DNA from: Eukaryota sp. GEM-RC1
Taxonomy: Eukaryota
DNA length: 64,000 bases
Direction: 5' to 3'
Assembly (NCBI GenBank): GCA_040285855.1
Contig: JAUFOQ010000004.1
Span: 2,170,001-2,234,000 of the forward strand
Each line of letters begins with the position of its first letter. The first letter of the stretch is position 1. Below, one piece after another: positions 53,801 through 64,000 of this stretch. The notes beneath the pieces are model-generated. The model made no database searches. It was not told where the DNA came from and was given only the letters and a program-made list of their open reading frames with translations. Position numbers and translations under genes: made by a program.

Positions 53801-56800
53801 GAACTTACAAGTTCAAATTTTGGAGGATTTTCGACTAATATTGGGATTTGAAAGTTGAAATTTGAATTGTGATGAAAAGCGAACACCTCAAGAATAAGTA
53901 TTCCTAGCTCAATTCCAGTAAAACAAACCCCTAGAGTTGAATTCTGAGTAAAATCTAAGGACAGATCACAATCACCAGAACAACTGATATCAAAATCATA
54001 ATGAAACTGATTAAGATCAATCAAAATTGATAGAGGGCAATTAACCTCAATTACTTCAGGAAGTTCTGAATGAAACGAAGAAGTAACAAAGCTAACGTTC
54101 ATTGACTGAGAGAATCTGTGAAGAGTGATAAAAGTAGAAGAATCTATAAAATTTAAAATATTGATCCCACGATTAACTGAAATAGTTTGACTTCCATAAG
54201 TTATGAAGAGATCAAAAACTCTTTCAGCTAGAATGAATTCAATTCATGAATAAAAACTGACTTTTGGAGGAAAAATTAAAAAATTCCTGATTTCAATCGA
54301 TAGACCAAAAAAAACAGTATCTAAAAAGGACGATCCAATTAAAGTACAAGTTCCCAATCCAGTTATTTCAATTTCGAAAACAAGAAAAGAATCATGCAAA
54401 TCCAATAACAATGATTGACAATTACCAAAATAAAAACTGTTTTGAATGACGGAATAGCTATAAAATGAAATTCCCTCAACTTCAACAACAACTTCAGTAG
54501 TAATGAACTCATTTAACCATTGGAAATACTTTGGAGTAATAGCAGAAGGTTTAATAACAAAGGGCAAATTAAAAATAGAAAAACAACCAAATCTACCACA
54601 TATTTGTAAATCATTTGGAACTCCAGAAACAAAAGACACAATTGAAATAGCAGCAGAGTAGACGGTGTATTGAAAATTTAAAATATGAATGATTTTAGGA
54701 TCAACTGGTGGAAGAAAAGTGTCAACAAACGTAAAGTCTGGCAGATAACTGTACACTTCAATTTCACAAGGAATACCTACAAAACAAACAAAAGCCGTGT
54801 TGTTAGCAACAAATGAAGTCACTGGTATAGACATTAATATTTTAAGATCATGTAAATATTCAACTAAGATTACCAACTCAGTTAATCCATAAAATTCGCC
54901 AGTAGTGACAACAATTTCATTGTAGTTGGAAGTTACAAATGAAACATTTACAACAGAGAATTGCAGATTTGAATTAGAGAAACAATTAAATATTTTTGCA
55001 AAATAGGGGCCCTCAAGAAGAATAGTTTCACCAGAAGGGGAAAGAGGAACAGGTTGATAACTCACTATTGGTGGACCAAAAACTAGCTCGAAAGAATTAC
55101 TAGTCTGATTTCCAATTATTAACAAAATTTCAAATGTAGTAGAAGTGATATTACAAATATATGGAACATCTAGAATTATTTCATCATGTGTATAATTAGA
55201 AACAATTGTTGGTGGAAAATTTGAAACAACAGAGAAGAATTCAAAATTTGTGGAAAAATCTGATCCTGTTAAAATAAGTGATCCTGTTAAAGGGAAAGGA
55301 TTTGGAGTTACAGATTGAATAAAAGGTCGTTTAAAACAATATTTAAAAAATAACTGTTCAAAATCAGTTGATCTTGATATAATCATTTCATGACATCCAA
55401 GACCCTCAAAAAGAAAATATTTAAAATCTCATGATTATTTGAGGAATACTCAAGACTTTGATTGATTGAAGCAGTTGAATAATAAATAACAATAGGATCT
55501 AACCCAAGATTAAAAGCAAAAAGTGGTACTAATCCACCCCTAGTTGGAGGTTTTAGACTAACAAACTCAATAGGACAAATAGAAATGAACATTTGGTAGG
55601 AAAACAGGATTTGATCAATAACAAAACTAAAAAGAATTGAAGGAGTAGAATAATTAAAGGATTTAGAATGTTCAAGAACTACACTTAGAGAGTCTAAATG
55701 ATAGAAGTACTGGAAACTTTGACTTTTTTGAACAGAGATCGACATTAGATTCTCCAGACAACAATATCATCCAATTGTAACGAAACCTGACAGAAAGACG
55801 TGTTACAGCAGTGTTTTGATGGAGAAATTGAAATATTTGAAGATAACTCAGAAAGATCCACAACAGAATCAGAGCCAGTAATAAAAGATTCTTCATCAAT
55901 TGTTATAGATTTTGAAATTATTGGAAAATTTGAATTAAAAGAACAATTTGACTTGAGTAAAGTAAGTGACGAGAGAAAAAGATAATTATCCAGATCAACT
56001 AGAAAAAGTCGTGAATTCTCAAGATAAAAGCTATTCTTAAATACACCATTAGAAATACAAACAGAAATATTGCAGTTGTAAAGTATCAATTCTGACTCAA
56101 TCATGATGACATCATCAATTGAAGAATCAAGCAATGATGTCATGCAATCAGTTTTTGTCAAAGTATTGAAAGTCACGTTTGATTGACGGAGGTTCAAGAA
56201 GAATTGAAAATCAAAATGACTAATGATTGTGTTTTCGAATAGAACTGTAGAATCAAATGATCTTAAGAAAGTATTTGAAGAAACGTTAGAAACTAGAAAC
56301 TCTTTGAAAATAATTGTAGAGTTATAGAAAGACAATAGCTTATCAGTAAAGGTTGATCGGTTGGATTGAAGTAGCAATCGAAGTAGCAATTAGGTGGGAA
56401 AATGATGTAGAAACAAAGGAATTGAAAGAAGAGTTTGAAACTAGAAGATACTCAAGGATAATATCAGAATCAAATCCAGTTATCAGAGTAACTCCAATAG
56501 AATCCTGAATGGAAATGTCTGAAATTGAAATATAAGAACTCTCTAAATTAATAAAGGAATCTAAGTTTGATCCTTCAACTGTAACATTCTGTAGTAAAGC
56601 TTCTGAACAATTATTTAAATAGAAGACATCATGGTTGATTTCAAAGAACGAAATGTGTTGACCATCAAACGAACCAGCAAAAATACTGAACCATTGAGTA
56701 AAATTTGAAAATTTAAAATCCAGGGAATACAAAATCAAAGAGCTTTCATACCCATTGATGAATAAATCTCCAAAAGTGTTGAAAATGTCACAATGGTCAA

Positions 56801-59800
56801 TTATCAATTCCGAATTGTTTAGATTAACAATGGAATTGGAAATAGTGTTACTGAAAATCGACTGTGATAACAACAAACTTGAAGAATCGGAATGAAAAGA
56901 GAATTTGCAATTAATTTGTCAAAAAATGAAGTAAATATTGTGACTAACGATGATGTTGATATTGAAAAAGAAAGTCCGAAACTTCTCCAGCAAATGTAGA
57001 ATTCGAAAATTCAACTTCAGAACTTCCAATTTCAAAAGAAAATGAAGTAAAACTAGATGAACATACAGTAAAACTGGAATCAAAAACAACTCCATCAGAA
57101 AACATATACAATGAGTGAAAAGTAGAATTATTGACAGAAACAGTGGAATTTGAAATATGAAAAGTTCTAGTAGTTGAAGTATTTACAAAAACATTTGAGA
57201 GAACAAAAACAGATTCATCAATCTCAAATAAAGTCTCTCCCATTCCTTCAATATTCACATCACCAAGACCAATCACCTCCCAATCAACATCAATTACATT
57301 CCCCAATCCTTGATTAAACGAGTAACTTCCTCCATGGAAATAAACCTTCCCTTTTCTTCCCATTCTTTCTAAAACTCCTTTAAAAGAAGCACATGGACTG
57401 TCGAAAGTTCCACAACAAGGGTCATCAAAACCAGTAGTAGAAATGTAAGAAACCTGGTTCAAGTTAACAATGTAATCATTAACAGAAGCAAAAACAGAAG
57501 AAGAAGTATAAAAAATAGATAATATTGAATCACAATCGCAATGGATTTCACTAAAATTTCCAATTAATTCACCGGCACTAATTAACTCAAGATCTCTACC
57601 AATTATATCATGGGTAAGGACAACTTCGATTAGTAACATTCCAGAAAGATACACGTCACCAATTATAGAAATTTGGTGATCTAATGATGATGACAGTAAA
57701 TATTTTAAATTTGATGAACTAAGCAGCGACAATTTTTTAGAAAATTCAAGACTCTTATCTGGAACCATTAAACCATAATTTAAAACATTTGATTCAATTA
57801 ATCCAGAGCCAGATAGTTTGTGATTAATAACTAAATCTTGATCCAGAAGAAGTGAAGCATTGAGAAGAAGGACATTGTGATGAAAGTCAACGTCAACATT
57901 CAATATGGATACTGAATTTTGAAACAATACATTAGAAAAACAACGTAGATAGGGTTTAATTGATAGTTCTGATTGAAGAGTGGAGAGTTGTAGATCAATT
58001 AATTTTGGTGGAGAATAGAAATTAAAATTACTGGAGATTCTAATATTTCCACTGAGTATCGCATCAGAAACTGATTCTAGAAGCTCAATACTAGCAGATA
58101 TATTGGCAGAATTGATTTCCAAATGATTTGATATATTGATTTTTTGATTAGTCAAGAGCTCGCAATGAAAACAAGCAAATGAGTCAAAAGTAACTACATT
58201 AATTAAACTTGAATAAACAAAAGAATACTTCAAATCAATGATACTTAGAAGAAAGAATTCTGTCCAGTAATTCAACCGACTGTTGATTGCAATCAGACTG
58301 ATGGAGGACGAAGTGATTACAACCTCTTCCTCCAAGTAAAGCTCACTACTTTCTAAATCTAAAACAAAATCATTTGATGAAATAGTCGAATATTCTAAAA
58401 ATTGCATAGTTGAAGAACTCAAATCGAAATCCTTGACGTTTTCAAAAGAAGCGTTAACTAAAGTTAATATAGAATTTCTTAATAAAACGTGACTAAGTGA
58501 AGCAGTCATTGATGATATACGTAACTCAGAACTATCAAGAACCAAAGATCCATTCCCCTTGAACCCCGGGGATACACCCAGGGACATTTTTTCATAAGCT
58601 ATTGCAGAATCTCGATTACAATTCAATACAAAATGAGGATTTTTCGTAAAATCTGGAATTGGCATAGGAGTTTCCATTTCTTCAATTGTTCCTGACCTAG
58701 CTAATCTCCCATGAGCGCCAAGTCCCCAGGTAAAGATAGTCCCATCACTACCTAAAGCAGCCTTGTGCTGAAGAGCAGAAGAAGCGGAAGTAAACGTAGT
58801 ATCAGGTTTAACTTGTAAAGGGTATGGGGAATTCGTACCAGTTCCATTACCTAACTTACCATTAGAATTCTCCCCCCAAGTCCAAAGTTTCTGATTGAGA
58901 TCTATACCGATAGCTGAAGTGCCCACAGTGTGAATCATTACAAAGCGTTTGGATGAATCAAAAAGTCTAGGTGTTGTATAAATGATAGAGGTTGCGGGAG
59001 GTCTTCCACAAATAGAAGTAGAACCGTTCTTAAAAATCAAATAACTAGCAATCCCTGAAGCAACAAACTCAACTGGAGGAATACCTTCAATATATTCAGG
59101 GCGATCAACTGAGGTACCATGACCTAAGCATAAGCAACCATCAGGATTGTGACCCCAAGAGTAAACGGCACAAGTAGAACGTAAAGCAAACATAGAGTTC
59201 CTACTTCCAGCAAGTTGGATGACGTCATCAATAAAATCATTATGAAAGGGTTCCCTTTGATTTTTTGTAGATCTTGGAACTAAGCCCATTTGGTGATCAT
59301 TGTTTTGACCCCAGCAATAGAAAGTACCATCATCCATTAGAGCAAAACTAGAGTGTTCACCAGCATTTACTTGAAAAGCTTTTGGAATGTCAACTCTATT
59401 AAACTCTTGCGCATTATCTGAAACTTGTCCAAGTTGACCATAGTTATTACTACCAGTAGTGTAAACGTCACCATTTGCTAAAAGAACCATTGAGTGACTG
59501 TAACCCTGAGAAACTTGCCTAACAAAAGACGGAAGAACAACAGGGTCAGGATAGGTAATTAAAGTGTCTGTAGAAGGCCCTAACTTACCTCCAGTGTTCA
59601 TTCCCCAGACATAGATTGTGTTACTTCCAGAAAACTCAGGAGTTGAGTCAATCATGTACTGGGAATTTCTTAGTATCAGTTCACTTGAGTTATCCATGGA
59701 GAAGAATCCGTGAAGCCAAGAAATACTGAAAGTCACGATCAAGGTGTGAGATGAAAGAGAGAAGTCAAAGCCATCAAGGACAAGAAAAGTTGTGGAAGTG

Positions 59801-60148
59801 TTGGAGAGGAAAGAAGAAGAATGACTTTCTAGAGTTCCTCCATGCATTGTGAAACAGTTTAACACTGTAAGAGTGGCGTTGTTAGTAAAATGAAGAGTAA
59901 CGCCATCAGCAAGAGTGAGATTAACAACAGTCACAGGAGAGTGGATAGTGATGGTGATTGGCGATGTTGGAGAAGAGAAAAGAACAGAAGATATCTTAGA
60001 AGGAGCTCCGGTTGGAGACCAGTTTTCAGCAATGGAAACAGACACCATCATCAGTAGAAGACCACTCAACAAGGGAGCTATGGCACAAGCCAATATAGAA
60101 GACTATATGTAGAAAGAACGGAAAGTAATTGATCAGCTTAGGAATCAT
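50881..60148 (-). CDS. Giant surface/membrane protein with RCC1 propeller, copy D
   Basis: ATG at 60148 gives MIPKLINYFPFFLHIVFYIGLCHSSLVEW, which shifts into the 1049-aa ORF 56944..60093; remaining ORFs colinear with A-C. Confidence 0.88.
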
Positions 60149-60349
60149 CAAACATTGTTATAATTGAGTGAAGAGTTTCCAAGTGTGTAATGATCAATTC
60201 TCATTTTCTTCCCACTTAAAACCACCATGAGAGTGAACATGGGAAACTAATTTCAATTCATGGGAGATCAATTGGTAGCTCATCCATTGGATTATGTTCA
60301 TTATCTGCTGACAAAGCATCTGTACTTCTTGAAAGATAGAAATTTCATT

Positions 60350-60430
60350 GACAGCGTGGCCGAGTGGGAAAGGCGCTAGAATCAGGATCTAGTGGAGCAA
60401 TCCGCGCGGGTTCGAACCCCGTCGCTGTCA
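60350..60430 (+). tRNA. tRNA-Leu(CAG)
   Basis: Acceptor GACAGCG/CGCTGTC with discriminator A; D-arm TGGCCGAGTGG; anticodon stem CTAGA/TCTAG with loop ATCAGGA; long variable arm; GTTCGAAC; T-run terminator. Confidence 0.92.
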
Positions 60431-60583
60431 TTTTTTTCTTTTGAATTTGTTTAATTGATTTCAAGCATCGTTGTACCTACGGTTGGATTATTTTAAATCA
60501 TGTCGAAGAACTACAGCGGTAATTGTAGAGTTATAAGTCGCTAGACTCAGGACCTTGTGTAAAAATGTGTTCGGCATCAAAGC

Positions 60584-61018
60584 TAGGGGTTAGGGGGTGT
60601 ACAAAACTCGGGTCCGACTCAGTAATTCTGAGTCGGAATCTGATCTTGAGTCTCACATCATAAACAATCTTTGTTATCAACAATCTTTAGTTAGTAAAAA
60701 ACGCGGTTTGTGAAATGATTTAGTAAAACCATCATCTCTGAAGTGTTGAGATTGACGACGACGTACGAAATTTACATTGAGTTATGTAGGACAGTTAAGT
60801 TTGTTGAGGTAAGAAAAGTGATTCTCAAAAATATCGTAATCTTCAAGTCTACAATTATACAGAATATGAATTTTCTTGATTTACTATTGTTAAAATAATT
60901 CAATAAGAGTCACCCGAGTCCGACTCAGATTCAGACTCGGGGGTTGTCAGTCTGAGTCTGTGTCTGAGTCTAAACTCAGCTTGAGTTTAAACTTCAGTCT
61001 AGTTTTTGTACACCCCTA
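60584..61018. mobile_element. hAT-like MITE
   Basis: TIR TAGGGG(G)TGTACAAAA / TTTTGTACACCCCTA; subterminal GAGTC/GACTC repeats; degenerate TSD ATCAAAGC / ATCAAATT. Confidence 0.7.
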
Positions 61019-61074
61019 ATCAAATTCATTCAGTGTCAATTTCGTATTATTATTTTTGAACTCTAAATTTGATA

Positions 61075-61230
61075 CTTGTAAAAACAAGGATGAACAAACG
61101 CTGGTTGAATCGTATCGTTTTTACCGTTTTTAAAACAATTCCTATTGATTATCTCCAATGATTTACTAGCTGTAGGTTTTTTAATAAGGACTAAGCTGTT
61201 GTCATATGTAATAGCAGCGAATGTTGTTTT
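61075..61230 (+). mobile_element. Degenerate RLE non-LTR 3' fragment
   Basis: ggatgaacaaacg..gaatcgtatcgtttttaccgtttttaaaaca matches 37244-37310. Confidence 0.6.
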
Positions 61231-61257
61231 AATGGTCTCAAATTATATATACTTTTA

Positions 61258-61767
61258 GAGAATTATTACGCATGTCCCCTCCCAATTTTAGGCATGTCCC
61301 TTAATTTCTTTTTTCACCTTTAACTCTCGTTGTTCTCTTACATACTAGTAGATGCTCATATGGAATAAAGATGTCGTTTAGGGACCGTACTGCTCTCGAT
61401 GTCAAAGGAGTGACCATGGGAGAAACGAAGCAGAGAAACAGTCACAAACCGTTAATCTTCGCAAGTCTTTGGCCTTGTTGGAGAAGATCACTGGTTCTTG
61501 AAAGATATCACTCACTTCTGTCACATACAAATCGACAAGAAGTCTCAGAACTGCGAGTCGTGATCAGTGATCATCAGAAAAGAGTTATCAGATATCCATT
61601 TCTGACATTCACTGACAGCATTCTCAAAAGCAATGATGCGTTCAGACATACATTGTGGTTCAAAGAACAGAAGGTACACGTAATACTCTTAGACTTTATG
61701 ACATACATTGTGGAATGAAATTAAGGGACATGCCTAAAATTGGGAGGGGACATGCGTAATAATTCTC
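61258..61767. mobile_element. 510-bp MITE with perfect 51-bp TIRs (Mutator- or Merlin-like)
   Basis: TIR GAGAATTATTACGCATGTCCCC..TTAATTTC is perfect at both ends; 8-bp TSD TACTTTTA. Confidence 0.9.
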
Positions 61768-61964
61768 TACTTTTATTGTTTCATTTAAAAGAACGCAGAC
61801 AGATTACAGACAAGAGTTTGATAATACCTTATATTTCACATTTGGTGTTGTACAGTTACAACAATTGAAGTTAATCTAGAACTGACCAAGACGGTATAAG
61901 CTTGTACTGTTCCTTTGGGAAATCGTTTTAAGTCAACCATAAAGTTCCACAGTAAATTGCTGCA

Positions 61965-62234
61965 TTGAATTCACGAAGACACAATAATATCGTCTTTCAG
62001 CCTTTTGCAGTTTCTTTGTACGGAAATTTTGGTTCTTCTACCAAGGAGTTCTTAAAAATATTTGAAAATTTGTGTTCAGAATTTGGCAAGAAGTTTAACA
62101 GATCGTACTGGAAGAGTAGATTTGCTTTTTCGATTTTTAGGTCTATGTATAGATATGTTGATTCCATTTTGTCCAAGTTATTTGGAGGCAACTACTTTTC
62201 GGAATTAGGTAGTTCGTTTGATAATTTGATTTAA
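61965..62234 (+). mobile_element. 3' end of an RLE non-LTR element
   Basis: VFQPFAVSLYGNFG..KKFNRSYWKSRFAFSIFRS. Confidence 0.75.
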
Positions 62235-62299
62235 TAGTGTTTATTTATTTGTTGTTTTCTTATTATGTGTTTTTCTCCGCACATAAATCCGTTTTTTTA

Positions 62300-63968
62300 T
62301 ACTCCACAATCATTTGTTGTTTGTTTCTGTAGCACTGGAACAATAATGAGCTGAAACTCGAGTTGATGAAGAATTTCATGTATTTTTGAAATATCTTGAT
62401 TCAAATAAGAGTCACTTTCCTTTAAGTTTTATCAACATCCTGTCTGTGATCTCCAACATCATAAAGAGGATCGAGGAATATCACTTGTAGATCCTTTTTA
62501 TCAATTACAATCAAACCCAATGTAAACCAGTCATTGCATCATTTATAGGAAGAAAAAGATATCTAAAATCTGTCTGAAGAATCTTGTTCATGAAAAACTC
62601 GTGAAGAGATTGGGTTTCATCAACTAAATATGATTGAATAGATCCAGGAGTTACAAAGGCATTGAAATCAGCTTTGTATATGTCCATCAAATGACGAGAG
62701 TACCAATTAACACATTCTTCTGCAATCGATTCTTCAGATGACAACGATTTGATTGCTTCCGAAACCTCTTGTAATTGAGTTTTTGTCAGTTTATTAGAAT
62801 TTGAATCTGGAATTTCATCAGTAGATGACATCAGTCTAGAAGGTTCAGATAAATCAGAAGTATCGGCAGTCTTCTTTCTTTTTTTGGCTGGTTGTTTAGT
62901 TTTAGGACCTTTTTTCTTTCTTGCATCAGATTTTTTGAATTTATGACGTTGTTGAGAAGGTGTCGAATGAACTGAAAAGTGTTTTTTAAGATTTGTCCAG
63001 CACGTTTAGCCCTCTCTGCTGATTGAGTAGATATAGTATGAGTCAAAACTGCTTTCCTCATTTTTAGAGCATCATAGTCTTCGTTAGTTACGAGTTTGGC
63101 TGAAATTTCTTAAAAAACCATAGATGAACAATCAATAGATGAGTCTGTCAGGCAACAAACTTTTGAATGTACATTAGAATAAAAGGTCCACAGTCATTTT
63201 TAGTTTGCTCTTGCTTTACAACTAGTTTATCCATATACAAATAATTTGCGTCATTAAATAAATCTTGCTGTAATTTTTGGACTACTGTTTCATTGCGAGA
63301 AGTTCGAATTGTATTCGCCAGTTGTTTGAAGTGTTCCTCTTCAGTATACGTTGAGTCGATTAAAAAAAGTCGTCTGATCTTAATATCGCAAATTAGAAGT
63401 GTCCAATGAGTCGGAGTTTTACCGAAAAGGCCATCGTTGATTGGCATGAATATGAATCGTTTCTTCGGAACACAATTATTCATTGATGTTATTAGGTATT
63501 CGAATTTTTTTAATAATAGTTGAAAATCATAAACACCAGAAGAACCAAGCATGTCATTGATTGGAAAGAACTGACAACAACATGAAGTGCTGCTTTTAGT
63601 TAGAAAATGACGGTATAAGTCGATGACGTCATCATTAACCAGACGTTGGGCTCTAATGTGTCGATATTGTCTACATTTGGAGCAGGAACGGGTCTCAGTT
63701 GCTCATCTGTGAGGTCATCTGTAGGAGGAGGTCCTGGATTGGATTCTATGTCTCCGTCCGTGGTTAGGTCATGATAGAACTGAGACGATTGTTGATTTAT
63801 TAACACATGAAGGGATATGGGGACCGATGCAAAAATATCACAGCAACAACAGCAAATGAACAAAAGTACGACCATGAGGGTTTTAAAAATCGTTGCAGCA
63901 TCGCCAATGACCGAGCGTAAAACAAACAAAATTGAAGTACATCTGGGGCCACTAAGGACCCGCGACAT
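62300..63968 (-). CDS. Polyprotein-like ORF (frameshifted): hydrophobic leader - 2A-like motif - Ulp1/C48 protease 1 - linker - Ulp1/C48 protease 2; probably the 5' part of a mobile element
   Basis: DGDIESNPGP; WL(N)DDVIDLY after a 1-nt correction; FMPIND..THWTLLICD..LIDS..QTKNDCGPF; second domain FLPIND..LHWV(L)IVID..FLDPL..QKQTTNDCGV. Confidence 0.78.
63729..63752 (-). other. 2A/StopGo ribosomal-skipping consensus D-I-E-S-N-P-G-P
   Basis: Exact match to D(V/I)ExNPGP, with upstream FYHDLTTDG. Confidence 0.85.
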
Positions 63969-64000
63969 ACTTCGTGTTAAGAACTGATGTTCTTACGAGA

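Noticed and set aside
696..60112. Numerous short antisense or alternative-frame ORFs recurring in each gene copy (e.g. MLQQCFDGEIEIF.., MSYQASR..)
   Set aside because: Shadows of the conserved sense-strand coding sequence
60350..60430. CUG codon reassignment suggested by the Ser-like look of the tRNA(CAG) 5' end
   Set aside because: Discriminator A73 and G37 fit Leu, and CTG encodes the conserved Leu in the USP motif VLVHSG (~19450)

Overview
AT-rich genomic DNA from a microbial eukaryote (no obvious introns, Pol III tRNA gene, USP7/Ulp1/RCC1 families). Most frameshifts fall in homopolymer runs, which points to long-read indel errors. The window is dominated by four paralogous ~9.2-kb genes arranged A> B> <C <D. 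Each encodes a giant (~3,000 aa) surface protein: signal peptide, beta-helix-like region with an inserted, highly variable RCC1 propeller (seen in B, C, D), IPT/TIG-like repeats, Cys-rich repeats and a multi-TM C-terminus. The copies are patchwork mosaics of each other, and B/C flank a near-perfect ~2.66-kb inverted repeat. Between the genes lie a Ty3/Gypsy retrotransposon scrambled by several internal inversions and interrupted by a hAT element, many 3' ends of restriction-like-endonuclease (CRE-like) non-LTR elements, several MITEs (some only 63-99 bp with perfect 8-bp TSDs), a RING-MATH-USP7-like gene lacking the catalytic Cys, and a tRNA-Leu(CAG). At the right edge is an ORF in which a 2A/StopGo motif (DIESNPGP) directly precedes two tandem Ulp1-family protease domains.
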